This document shows, in pieces, positions 8,875-18,294 of a DNA stretch of 64,000 nt. Source of the DNA: an uncultured Verrucomicrobiota bacterium (GTDB lineage: Bacteria > Verrucomicrobiota > Verrucomicrobiia > Limisphaerales > J093); contig CAYPNF010000005.1 in assembly GCA_964411985.1 (NCBI GenBank), positions 108,974 to 172,973 of the forward strand, given 5' to 3'. The notes below the pieces were generated by a model that saw only the letters and a program-made list of their open reading frames with translations, was not told the origin of the DNA and searched no databases. The position numbers and the translations under genes were made by a program. Every line of letters starts with the position of its first letter. Position 1 is the stretch's first letter.

Positions 8875-10016
8875 ACATTGTTACCTTGTTGCAACCGCCG
8901 CGCATCGTTGTCGGCGACGGCTGCGCACCCCAATGCGCCGAGTGTTTTCCTCAGCTTGGAGTGAAGCGCGTTCTGCTTGTGTCCAGCACGCCCGTGCTGC
9001 CGACGTTGACGGGTGTGCTGGAGGCGCTGACGCAGGCCGGCGTTGCCATCGTTCGATCCCTGACGATTGATCGTGAACCGACCCGCGAGATGTTTGAGCA
9101 AGCTCTTGCTGTCGCGCGAAAAGAGAACATCGAAGCTGTCCTCGGCATTGGGGGCGGGAGCGCGATGGACGTCGCCAAACTCGTCGCAGCTCTCACGCAC
9201 GGAAAGCAACACGTTTCGGAAGTGTTCGGCATCGATCTGCTCGCCAACCGCGCGCTGCCGCTTGTCTGTCTGCCGACCACCTCTGGCACCGGCGCCGAAG
9301 TCTCGCCCAACGCGATTCTCCTCGATGAAGCCAACGAATTGAAAAAGGGCGTCGTCAGCCGCTATCTTGTGCCGGACGCGGTGTTCATCGATCCGCGGCT
9401 CACGCTCACCGTTCCGCCCGCCGTCACGGCGGCAACCGGACTCGACGCGCTCACGCACTGCATCGAAGCCTATGCCAACAAGTTCGCGCACCCGGTGGTG
9501 GACGTTTATGCGCTGCAAGGCATTCGGCTCATTGCCGCCAATCTGGAGCTTGCGGTTCGTGATGGCCAGAACCTGGAGGCCCGCAGCGCGCTGGCGCTGG
9601 GCAGTTTCTACGGCGGGCTTTGCCTCGGCCCAGTGAACACCGGGGCCGTGCACGCGCTCTCGTACCCGCTCGGTGGGCGTTTTCATATTGCTCACGGTGT
9701 TGCCAACTCACTGCTATTGCCGCATGTCATCCGCTTCAACGCGCCGGCCGCACTACAGCGTTATGGGGAAGTCGCGCTGGCGCTGGGCGTTCAACCCGGC
9801 ACGAACCCCGCCGATACCGCCGAGCGCGGTGTGGATTTCCTGGCGCGACTTTCCCGCAACTGCGGAGTGCCGCAGACACTCTCGGAACTCAAGATCCCGC
9901 GGGACGCCATCCCGTCCCTCGCCAGAGCGGCGCTGCAGGTGACCCGCTTATTAAAGAACAATCTTCGCACGGTAACCGAGGCTGACGCGGCTGCAATTTA
10001 TGAGACTGCATACTGA
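8871..10016 (+). CDS. Iron-containing (group III) alcohol dehydrogenase, FucO/lactaldehyde-reductase-like
   Basis: Start taken at MNIVTLLQPPRIVVGDGC, which overlaps the symporter stop. GGGSAMDVAKL is the Fe-ADH NAD-binding motif. His residues of the metal site are present (HALSYPLGGRFHIAHG). ORF tool start 8502 rejected because it overlaps the transporter. Confidence 0.8.
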   Translation: MNIVTLLQPPRIVVGDGCAPQCAECFPQLGVKRVLLVSSTPVLPTLTGVLEALTQAGVAIVRSLTIDREPTREMFEQALAVARKENIEAVLGIGGGSAMDVAKLVAALTHGKQHVSEVFGIDLLANRALPLVCLPTTSGTGAEVSPNAILLDEANELKKGVVSRYLVPDAVFIDPRLTLTVPPAVTAATGLDALTHCIEAYANKFAHPVVDVYALQGIRLIAANLELAVRDGQNLEARSALALGSFYGGLCLGPVNTGAVHALSYPLGGRFHIAHGVANSLLLPHVIRFNAPAALQRYGEVALALGVQPGTNPADTAERGVDFLARLSRNCGVPQTLSELKIPRDAIPSLARAALQVTRLLKNNLRTVTEADAAAIYETAY

Positions 10017-10017
10017 A

Positions 10018-10926
10018 ATGATCCAACCGACCAAGTTCGGTGGCGCCGTCGTGCCGATCGTTACGCCTACCACCTCCGATGGGCAACTTGATTTCGCAGC
10101 GCTCGATCGGCTAATCGAATCTCAGATTAGGGGCGGGGTGGAAGGCTTGCTGATCTTGGGAACAACCGGCGAAGGTCCCTGTATCCCGCGGATGTTGCGC
10201 CTTCCGCTCCTGGAGCGGGCCGTGGCTGCCGGCGGCAAACGCCTTCTCATTTATGCGAATGTCGCAGAAAATGCTCTCGCCGACACCCTCACGAGTGCCA
10301 AGGAGTTCATGTCGGCGGGGGCGGACGCGATCGCTGTGCTGCCACCCTTCTATTTTTCGTCAAGTCCGGTGGAGTTGGCCGCCTGGTTTCACGCTTTGCT
10401 CGACGCTGCGCCCGGGCCGGTGGTCCTGTACAACATCCCGCTCACCACGCGTGTCTCCATTCCGCTGGAGGTCATCGGTGAATTGGTCGGCCACCCAAAC
10501 CTGGTCGGCCTGAAGGATTCTGAAAACGATCCCAAGCGCCATGAGGAATTGCTCCGGCGCTTTGGGGGACGGTCGGATTTTTCCATCTTCATCGGGGTCG
10601 GCGCGCTCATGGCGCAAGGGTTGAAGTCAGGGGCGGACGGCATTGTGCCCAGCGTGGGCAATCTGATCCCCCGGGACTGCCAGCAACAAGTCGAAGCCGC
10701 GCGCGCCGGGGACTGGGGGGCGGTGGATGCCATCGCCGCACGACAGGCCGAAATCGCGGCTGTGTATCAAAAGGGCCGCACCCTCACCCAATCGCTCGCC
10801 GCGCTGAAAGGACTGCTCCATCACCGGGGCATCTGCTCCCCGTACGTATTTCCGCCGTTGTTGCCGATGTCGGCGGCTGAACTCGATGGGTTGCGCGGCG
10901 AACTGGCAAAACTGAAGCTACCATGA
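10018..10926 (+). CDS. DapA/NanA-family class I aldolase (dihydrodipicolinate synthase / N-acetylneuraminate lyase family)
   Basis: GTTGEGPCI motif and YNIPLTTRVSIP; candidate Schiff-base Lys in VGLKDSEND. ~303 aa. ATG immediately after the ADH stop; an alternative start at 10000 would overlap by 17 nt. Confidence 0.75.
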   Translation: MIQPTKFGGAVVPIVTPTTSDGQLDFAALDRLIESQIRGGVEGLLILGTTGEGPCIPRMLRLPLLERAVAAGGKRLLIYANVAENALADTLTSAKEFMSAGADAIAVLPPFYFSSSPVELAAWFHALLDAAPGPVVLYNIPLTTRVSIPLEVIGELVGHPNLVGLKDSENDPKRHEELLRRFGGRSDFSIFIGVGALMAQGLKSGADGIVPSVGNLIPRDCQQQVEAARAGDWGAVDAIAARQAEIAAVYQKGRTLTQSLAALKGLLHHRGICSPYVFPPLLPMSAAELDGLRGELAKLKLP

Positions 10927-11942
10927 AACCCCGACCGATTCTCGGACTCACGATGGGCGATCCTGCGGGGATTGGTCCGGAAATCTGCCTCCGCGCACTG
11001 AGCGAGCCGTCCGTGCTGGCCGAGTGCGTGCCGGTGCTGTTCGGGGATGCTGGCGCACTGCGGCTCCTGGCAGAAAAGGGTCTTTCCGCGAGTGTCGCGC
11101 CGGTTGTGTCGCTTGCGGAATTCACTTCGTCTGCCGCGCCGACGACTCCCATCGTGGTGGATTGCTCCACGCTGGACGTAGGCAAGATTGAACCCGGCAA
11201 AGTGTCCGCCGCCTGCGGTCAGGCGGCTTACATCTTCATCGAACAGTCGATTCGAGCCGCTCTCGCGAAGCGGATTGACGGCGTCGTCACCGGGCCGGTT
11301 CACAAGGAGGCTTTGCATCTTGCCGGGGTGGAATTTCCCGGGCACACGGAGATTTTCACCGAGCTCACCGGTGCGAAGCGCAGTTGCATGATGCTCTACT
11401 CCGAGAAAATCGCGGTCAGTATGGTCACCACGCACATCGGCTATCACGAAGTGCCGGGCACACTCTCCGTTGAGAGGGTTTGGAACACCATCGACCTCAC
11501 CGCCGAGGCGATGCGTTGGATGTTGCATCGCGCGCCCCGCATCGGGGTGTGTGGGTTGAACCCGCACGCGGGTGAACACGGTTTGTTCGGCCAGGGGGAG
11601 GAGGAGAAGTACGTTGTGCCCGCCGTCGCCGAGGCAAAGAAGCGGGGTTTGGATGTCACCGGGCCGCTGGTGCCGGACGCGGCGTTCACCACTAGCCTTC
11701 GCCAGAAGTTCGACGCTTTCATCTGTCTCTATCATGACCAGGGCCACATCCCTTTCAAAATGCTGGCGTTCGACACGGGGGTGAATATTACGCTCGGACT
11801 GCCCATCATTCGCACCTCGGTGGATCACGGCACGGCTTTCGACATTGCCTGGCAGGGCAAAGCTGACCCGACTAGTCTGTACTCCGCCGTCCACATCGCC
11901 GCCCAACTCGCAACGGGGCGCTTCAGGAGTGCAGCTCCATAA
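10923..11942 (+). CDS. PdxA-family NAD-dependent dehydrogenase (4-hydroxythreonine-4-phosphate dehydrogenase-like / PdxA2-like)
   Basis: Motifs HTEIFTELTG, TTHIGYHEV and LNPHAGEHGLFG. Start overlaps the previous stop (ATGA). Confidence 0.8.
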   Translation: MKPRPILGLTMGDPAGIGPEICLRALSEPSVLAECVPVLFGDAGALRLLAEKGLSASVAPVVSLAEFTSSAAPTTPIVVDCSTLDVGKIEPGKVSAACGQAAYIFIEQSIRAALAKRIDGVVTGPVHKEALHLAGVEFPGHTEIFTELTGAKRSCMMLYSEKIAVSMVTTHIGYHEVPGTLSVERVWNTIDLTAEAMRWMLHRAPRIGVCGLNPHAGEHGLFGQGEEEKYVVPAVAEAKKRGLDVTGPLVPDAAFTTSLRQKFDAFICLYHDQGHIPFKMLAFDTGVNITLGLPIIRTSVDHGTAFDIAWQGKADPTSLYSAVHIAAQLATGRFRSAAP

Positions 11943-11965
11943 GCCAACGCAAACGCGAGCAGTCC

Positions 11966-13225
11966 ATGAGCAGCATCCTCACGATCCGTAAATACACATT
12001 GGGTGTGGGCGATCGCTTTGCGCAGCAAGCCGTTGCGCAAATTCAAGCTTGCGTCATGGCAGCGCAACAGGGTGTGGAAATCTGTCCCACGTGGAACAAA
12101 TCCAATCGCGAACACGACATCATTGGCTCCGAGCCGGCGAGCGTGCGGGCAGCGGCCGACGCGGCGGTGAAGGCCGCCGGATGGATGAAGCCGTACTACG
12201 TGGATGCTGATCACATCGGGCTCAGGACGGTGGATCGTTTCATGGCGGTTTCCGACTTTTTCACCATTGATGTCGCGGACTATATCGGCAAGTCCGCCGA
12301 AACCAGCGCGGGGAGGGCTTTCGTTGAGCGCCATCCCGAACTGATGGGCAGGGTTTCTATCGCGGGGATCGATTGCCCCTTTGATGTTACGCGCGCCGAA
12401 GTGGAGCGCATCGCGGGCAAGTATTTGCACGCCGTGCAGGAAGCCAGCAAGGTGTATCAATACATCTCGTCGAAGAAGAACGGCGCGTCTTTTGTCACGG
12501 AAGTGTCGATGGACGAAACCGATTCTCCGCAGACGCCGCTGGAGCTACTCTGCATCCTTGCGGCGATGGCCGAAGAGAAGATTCCAATTCAGACCATCGC
12601 GCCGAAGTTCACTGGCCGGTTCAACAAGGGCGTGGATTACGTGGGTGACGTGGCGCAGTTCGAGAAGGAAGTCAACGACGACCTGTGTGTCATTTCACAC
12701 GCCATCCAACGCTACGGCCTGCCGGAAACGCTCAAGCTCAGCGTGCACTCAGGCAGCGATAAGTTCTCGATCTATCCGGCCATCAACCGTGCTTTGAAGA
12801 AGCACGGCTGCGGGGTCCACGTGAAGACGGCAGGTACGACTTGGCTGGAGGAAGTCATCGGGCTCGCCGAGCACGGCGGGGAGGGGTTGAAGCTGGCGAA
12901 GGAAATCTACGCCGGGGCACTGGCGTGCATAGACGAACTTAGCGTACCCTATGCCAGCGTACTTGACATCAAACGCCCGAACCTCCCGACGGCGGAAGAG
13001 GTGAGCAGATGGACGAGTGAACAGTATGTCAGAGCCTTGCGCCACGACCAGATGGACCCTCTGTTCAACGAGAGCCTCCGCCAGTTGCTGCACGTGGGCT
13101 ATAAGGTCGCCGCGAAGATGGGGCCGCGGTATCTTATGCTGCTCGAGGAATGTGAAACCTCGGTGGCACGCAACGTGACGAGTAATCTGTTTGACCGCCA
13201 CATCAAACCCTTGTTTTTGTCTTAA
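11966..13225 (+). CDS. Conserved putative sugar-acid enzyme, possibly UxaE-like (tagaturonate/fructuronate epimerase family); function uncertain
   Basis: 419-aa soluble protein in the operon. Motifs such as SVHSGSDKFS and HVKTAGTTWLE; the UxaE assignment rests on recalled similarity only. Confidence 0.5.
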   Translation: MSSILTIRKYTLGVGDRFAQQAVAQIQACVMAAQQGVEICPTWNKSNREHDIIGSEPASVRAAADAAVKAAGWMKPYYVDADHIGLRTVDRFMAVSDFFTIDVADYIGKSAETSAGRAFVERHPELMGRVSIAGIDCPFDVTRAEVERIAGKYLHAVQEASKVYQYISSKKNGASFVTEVSMDETDSPQTPLELLCILAAMAEEKIPIQTIAPKFTGRFNKGVDYVGDVAQFEKEVNDDLCVISHAIQRYGLPETLKLSVHSGSDKFSIYPAINRALKKHGCGVHVKTAGTTWLEEVIGLAEHGGEGLKLAKEIYAGALACIDELSVPYASVLDIKRPNLPTAEEVSRWTSEQYVRALRHDQMDPLFNESLRQLLHVGYKVAAKMGPRYLMLLEECETSVARNVTSNLFDRHIKPLFLS

Positions 13226-13236
13226 GCAAACCACCC

Positions 13237-16035
13237 ATGTTGTTTCATAACATTACCTTCGTTACGGCCGTAGCCACCATCATCATGGCCCACGCCTTCG
13301 CTCATGCGGCAAGCGATTCGAGAACAAACTCTCTCGGCATGATGATGATTCCAGTGAAATCGGGGAGCTTCGTCATGGGCTCCACGACGATAGATGAACA
13401 TTGGAATGAGCGCCCGGCGCATCGGGTGACGATCAGCCACGGCTTCCTCATGTCGGAGACTGAAGTGACGCTGGCACAGTATCAGCAGTTTCGCCCCGGG
13501 TTTGAGGGCACTCCGGGCTGTGATCCTTACGTGGCCGGGGTCAGTTGGCTGGATGCCACGGCCTTTTGCGAGTGGCTGAGCCACAAGGAAGGAAAGCCTT
13601 ATCGGCTGCCGACCGAGGCCGAGTGGGAATTTGCCTGCCGAGCAGGCACGGTGACTCCGTTTCACACAGGCGCTCAACCGACGGCGCTCGAGACTGCCAA
13701 CGCCTGGGGATTCAAGAACATGCACACCGGCGTGCGAGAATGGTGTTTTGACCGCTACGGCGAATACCCCATCGAGGCGCAGATTGACCCGGCCGGAGCG
13801 GATCAAGGAATTACGCGCGTAGTTCGCGGCGGGGGCATGGACGAGAACCAACCTGAATACGCCCGCTCAACCGCGCGCGGCTCGATGGGTGAGGCTTTTG
13901 GCGCTTATGCGCCGGGAATAGTGGAGGGAAAGCGACTGAGCTTGGCGGAGACTTTCTTTCCAGGTATGGTGGGCCGCTTTTTTGGCGAAGCAAACCTTAC
14001 CCGGCCGCATGACAAGTTCCTGATCCACAAACTCGACCTTAGCAAGAAGGATGGTGAGTTCGACAAGGGTAGCCAGTGGTCCGGCCGCTTTCTCGGTTTC
14101 TTAGAGGCGCCGGTTACCGGCTCGGTCGCTTTCGAAGGGATTGCCGACGACGGCATGGAAGTCCTCGTGGAGGGCAAGAAGATCATTAGCGCCTGGAACC
14201 AGAAGAACACACCCGTGGCCGGCACAGTGGACATGGTGAAAGGCCGCAAGTACGAGGTCGAAATCACGTTCACCCAGAACGGAGGCGATGCGTTCATGCG
14301 CCTTTATTGGAGCTGGCTCGGGCAGGACAAGCAAATCGTTCCGTCGTCGGCGATGTCCTACAGCGGTCTTCAGGAAATGAAAGTTGTGGCCATGGGCACC
14401 GGTGCAACCTCTGAAGTCCCCGGCCATCACCTGATCGGTTTCCGCGTGGTCCAAGGGGCTCCGGCGAAGCGCTTTCTGCGCACCGATGGTCCTTACGCTC
14501 GTCAAGGCGTACGGCAGGATACTAGCATGGCCAAGCAGGGGCCGGATCCGGCCAAGCCCTACTTCCGCAAACGCTCCATGATGCCGACCCCGCTCGAAAA
14601 CAGTGACCGTAAAGTCATCGACTTTGCGGGTCTGCATGCTTCGTTCCGCGACCACAACCACAGCCCGGCACTGGAGGTGTTGCCCAACGGTGACGTGCTG
14701 CTTGTGATCTATACATCCTATCACGAATATGAACCAGGCGTGTCACTAATCGCGGCACGGTTACGCTTCGGCACCGAGGAATGGGATATGCCAAGCCCGT
14801 GGTTGGATTTCGCCCTGGTGAACGACCACGCTCCACTTTTGTGGGTTGAAAGCGGAATCCTGCGGCTCTTCTGGGGCAATCCACGGCTCGCTTCTGCGTT
14901 CCCCTTCCAATGGGTGGAATCCACCGACAACGGAGGGACGCTTGGGCCGGTGTGCTTCCCGAGATTCACGAGCCGCATTGGCCCTCATTCCAAGCAACCC
15001 ATCAACACCGCTTTCCGGGGTTTGGACGGCACGATGTATGTTGCGAGCGACGCCGCGGGAGCTTCCTCTGTTTTGTGGGCGAGCGGCGATAACGGCAAGA
15101 CCTGGTACGACACCGGGGGGCGAAGCGCAGGTCGCCATACCACTTATGCAGTGCTCAAGGATGGTTCGATTCTGGGCATGGGAGGCAAGAACAGCGACAT
15201 TCAGGGCTACATGCCCAAGGTTGTTTCCAAAGACGGCGGTAAGACGTGGGAGAAGAGCAAGACCCCCTTTGCGGCACAGTCCTCCAACCAGCGGCCGAGC
15301 CTGCTCCGCCTCACCAGCGGGCGACTGTTCTTCGCAGGCGACTACCAAGATCGGGAAGGAAAGCAGCCTGATGGCATCAAGGATCGGGGCTCCTATGTCG
15401 CCCTCTCGGACGACGATGGTCAAACCTGGAGGATCAAGCCCTTACTAGGCGCGCAGCCGCACGAGGATGGCAAACTGGCCTCGGCGACCATTGGGTATTC
15501 GGCTGCGCGGCAGGCACCCAACGGCGTCATCCACCTGATCACGACGATGAACCGTCCTAATCTGCACTTCGAAATGAACGAGGCATGGATCCTAGATCCG
15601 AACAGCACACGCGAAGACCCGGTGGCTCCGACCTCCAGCGGTCCACTGATCAATGTCAGTAAGCATACGGAGAAGTATCCTACCGGGCAGACAAGGCTAA
15701 CTTGGAGCGCGGGTAGAGCCTCTGATGGCCGATGCCTTTTGGAGGGTGCTGAGATCTGGTACCATGACAACGGCCGAAAGCAGCGCGAGGCCAAGTACAA
15801 GAAGGGCTTCAAGACAGGAAAGGAGACGTACTGGTCGCGCGACGGCAGGGTCGAATGGACTTGGGATCACCGGCCTGACGGCAGCGCGGTCTGGACACAA
15901 TTCTGGTCCAACGGCCAGAAGAAGGCTGTATCAACCTGGCGGAGTTTCATGTGCGATGGCACGGCGACCTGCTGGGATCCGTCCGGCAAGCAGATCAGCC
16001 AAGTGGAGTTTTCCCGAGGTAGGATCAGGAAATGA
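13237..16035 (+). CDS. Secreted multi-domain protein: formylglycine-generating-enzyme (SUMF1/FGE-sulfatase) domain + PA14 + BNR/Asp-box sialidase-like beta-propeller + C-terminal MORN/YwqK-like repeats
   Basis: N-terminal signal peptide. FGE-like region RLPTEAEWEFACRAGTVTPFHTG...WGFKNMHTGVREW. PA14 region GSVAFEGIADDGMEVLVEGKKIISAW...FMRLYWS. Asp-boxes SGDNGKTW, SKDGGKTW, SDDDGQTW. Repeats WYHDNGRKQREAKYKKG / YWSRDGRVEWTW. Confidence 0.75.
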   Translation: MLFHNITFVTAVATIIMAHAFAHAASDSRTNSLGMMMIPVKSGSFVMGSTTIDEHWNERPAHRVTISHGFLMSETEVTLAQYQQFRPGFEGTPGCDPYVAGVSWLDATAFCEWLSHKEGKPYRLPTEAEWEFACRAGTVTPFHTGAQPTALETANAWGFKNMHTGVREWCFDRYGEYPIEAQIDPAGADQGITRVVRGGGMDENQPEYARSTARGSMGEAFGAYAPGIVEGKRLSLAETFFPGMVGRFFGEANLTRPHDKFLIHKLDLSKKDGEFDKGSQWSGRFLGFLEAPVTGSVAFEGIADDGMEVLVEGKKIISAWNQKNTPVAGTVDMVKGRKYEVEITFTQNGGDAFMRLYWSWLGQDKQIVPSSAMSYSGLQEMKVVAMGTGATSEVPGHHLIGFRVVQGAPAKRFLRTDGPYARQGVRQDTSMAKQGPDPAKPYFRKRSMMPTPLENSDRKVIDFAGLHASFRDHNHSPALEVLPNGDVLLVIYTSYHEYEPGVSLIAARLRFGTEEWDMPSPWLDFALVNDHAPLLWVESGILRLFWGNPRLASAFPFQWVESTDNGGTLGPVCFPRFTSRIGPHSKQPINTAFRGLDGTMYVASDAAGASSVLWASGDNGKTWYDTGGRSAGRHTTYAVLKDGSILGMGGKNSDIQGYMPKVVSKDGGKTWEKSKTPFAAQSSNQRPSLLRLTSGRLFFAGDYQDREGKQPDGIKDRGSYVALSDDDGQTWRIKPLLGAQPHEDGKLASATIGYSAARQAPNGVIHLITTMNRPNLHFEMNEAWILDPNSTREDPVAPTSSGPLINVSKHTEKYPTGQTRLTWSAGRASDGRCLLEGAEIWYHDNGRKQREAKYKKGFKTGKETYWSRDGRVEWTWDHRPDGSAVWTQFWSNGQKKAVSTWRSFMCDGTATCWDPSGKQISQVEFSRGRIRK

Positions 16036-16232
16036 TCGGCGTCATCGTAAACGATTTGACCGGGGCCGCGGCGCTCGCGCGGCAAATGGGCTGGCATCGG
16101 CTGGAGGTGACGGCCGAACTCACGCCGGGTGTGGTCACGCTTTCAATGCCCGGGGAGATCCCCGTCTTGTTCACCATGAAGCCTGGGACATACGAATGGC
16201 TAGAGAGCGTCACACGGTTGCGTCCTCGTTGA
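16032..16232 (+). CDS. Small hypothetical protein (66 aa), translationally coupled to the preceding gene
   Basis: ATGA start/stop overlap at 16032-16035. No recognisable motif; could be spurious. Confidence 0.3.
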   Translation: MIGVIVNDLTGAAALARQMGWHRLEVTAELTPGVVTLSMPGEIPVLFTMKPGTYEWLESVTRLRPR

Positions 16233-16251
16233 AACGAATAACAAGAAACCC

Positions 16252-18210
16252 ATGAAACAACTACGTCACTCAACGCCGCGCTGTACCAATTTCTTGGTGT
16301 CCTTGTCAGCGTTGTGCCTTGTGCTTCTCGTCGCCGCGCGTGGCGAGCAACGCGTTATGCCTGCGTCGATTGCGGAGTCTGCCTCCGAACCAGTCCGCTA
16401 TGTTGGGAACGAGCAGACCGACAAACGGTCTTACGACGGTGCGCTTCGCCACGCCGTTGGTGTCCATTATCACCAGGCGCTGCGCGCCAATCGCACCTGC
16501 CCGACGGAAGGTGGCTCCCTCGGCTGGACTTACAATCACCAGCCCTATTTGGCTTACTGGCATGATCGGTTCTATCTCCAATACCTCAGCACGCCAAAGG
16601 AGGAGCACGTCCCCCCCGGTCGCACACTACTGATGGTCTCCACGAACGGCCAACATTGGTCCAATCCCCGTGTGGTCTTTCCGGAGTATTCCTTGCCGGA
16701 GATCAAGACCGCCGATGGCTGTCTGCCGGCAGGGGCGTTGGCTGTGATGCACCAACGAATGGGCTTTTATGTGGCGCCCAACGGGCGGCTACTTACCTTG
16801 GGCTTTTACAGTTACTGCATTGACCCACTTCCCCAAAAAGGTCCAAACAAGGGGCAGGGATTAGGCCGCGTCGTCCGCGAGATTCGCACCGACAACACAC
16901 TTGGCCCCATCTTCTTCATCCGTTACAACCGGCACGCAGGCTGGAGCGAAACCAACACCAGCTATCCGTTCTACAGGACCAGTCCTGACGCCGGCTTCGT
17001 GCAAGCTTGCGACGCGTTGCTCGCGGACAAGCTGATGACCCTTCAATGGTGGGAGGAGGATCGGGCTACCGACGGCTTCTACACCCTTCAACTGGACAAA
17101 GCCGAACCGAAGGCCTTGAGCTACGTCCACCGCCCGGATGGAACTGTGCTCGGCGTCTGGAAAGCGCACTACGCACTCAGTTCCGATGAGGGTAATTCGT
17201 GGACCAGGCTCGTGGGCGCTCCGACCTTGATGCCTTGTGGCGCTAAGACGTGGGTCCAACGGACCGAAGATGGGCGATATGCGCTTGTCTATAATCACTC
17301 GCTCACGCGCAACAATCGTTTTCCGCTGGTGGTGATGACGAGCGATGATTGCCGGGACTTCACCAACATGCTTTGTCTGCATGGGGAAGTCCCGCCCCGG
17401 CGCTTTGCCGGGCTGTACAAGAACGCTGGTCCGCAATACGTCCGGGGCATCGAGGAAGGCAACGGCAAACCGCCCGGCTCATACCTTTGGAACACCTACA
17501 GCATGAACAAGGAGGATATTTGGGTCAGCCGCACGCGTGTGCCGGTTACGGGAGCGGTTTCACAGCACACTCAGGAGACTTTCGACGACGTGGGGTCGGT
17601 GGCCCAGCTGGAACAGTGGAATCTGTATGAGCCGCAGTGGGCTCCGATTGGCATCGTCAACGACCCGCATCGGCCCGGAAACAAGTGCCTCGAATTGCGC
17701 GACGAGGATCCTTACGACTATGCGCTAGCGGAACGCGCGATTCCCGAAAGCTCGAGGGTCCGGATCGAGTTCCGCGTATTCGCGGAGAAGGTCGCTCACG
17801 GGGTGCTGGAAGTGGAAATACAGGACCGGTATGGCCACCGCCCGCTCAAGTTGCGACTGGATGACAAGTGGCTGGGTCAGGACCAGATGACCCGCTGGGT
17901 TAACGCGATTCCGGTCCCGGAGCGCAGCTGGCTGACAATTCGGCTGGACATCAACTGCGCTCAAGGAAGCTACGACCTTGCATTGAACGGAAAGACCGTC
18001 GGGCTTGGGGTAAAGTTTGCCGAGCAGGCCGAAACCGTCGAGCGCGTGATCTTCCGCACCGGTCCGTATCGCGGCGACGTGCGGGCCATTTTCGTGGAGG
18101 GTGAGCATGCCACCCTGGGCTATACGAGCGAAGACCTGCCAGGTGCGGACCAGCGCGTGCCTCTGAGTGTGTATATGGTTGATGACTTGCGCACTAGCCC
18201 AGTGCAATAA
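16252..18210 (+). CDS. Secreted BNR/Asp-box sialidase-like beta-propeller protein with C-terminal LamG/concanavalin-like domain (paralog 1 of 3)
   Basis: Signal peptide. Shared family blocks PVRYVGNEQTDKRSYDGALRHAVGV, MGFYVAPNGRLL, LMTLQWWEEDRA, GPQYVRGIEEGNGKPPGSYLWNTYSMNKEDIWVS. Asp-box SSDEGNSWT. The same blocks recur in the 19200 and 24480 genes. Confidence 0.8.
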   Translation: MKQLRHSTPRCTNFLVSLSALCLVLLVAARGEQRVMPASIAESASEPVRYVGNEQTDKRSYDGALRHAVGVHYHQALRANRTCPTEGGSLGWTYNHQPYLAYWHDRFYLQYLSTPKEEHVPPGRTLLMVSTNGQHWSNPRVVFPEYSLPEIKTADGCLPAGALAVMHQRMGFYVAPNGRLLTLGFYSYCIDPLPQKGPNKGQGLGRVVREIRTDNTLGPIFFIRYNRHAGWSETNTSYPFYRTSPDAGFVQACDALLADKLMTLQWWEEDRATDGFYTLQLDKAEPKALSYVHRPDGTVLGVWKAHYALSSDEGNSWTRLVGAPTLMPCGAKTWVQRTEDGRYALVYNHSLTRNNRFPLVVMTSDDCRDFTNMLCLHGEVPPRRFAGLYKNAGPQYVRGIEEGNGKPPGSYLWNTYSMNKEDIWVSRTRVPVTGAVSQHTQETFDDVGSVAQLEQWNLYEPQWAPIGIVNDPHRPGNKCLELRDEDPYDYALAERAIPESSRVRIEFRVFAEKVAHGVLEVEIQDRYGHRPLKLRLDDKWLGQDQMTRWVNAIPVPERSWLTIRLDINCAQGSYDLALNGKTVGLGVKFAEQAETVERVIFRTGPYRGDVRAIFVEGEHATLGYTSEDLPGADQRVPLSVYMVDDLRTSPVQ

Positions 18211-18294
18211 CGCGACCCCCTCCAGTTCCAGCGCAACAGGTTTATCATCAAACATCCAACCACGTCCAACTAACCGAGTTACTAACCTCTCGCC

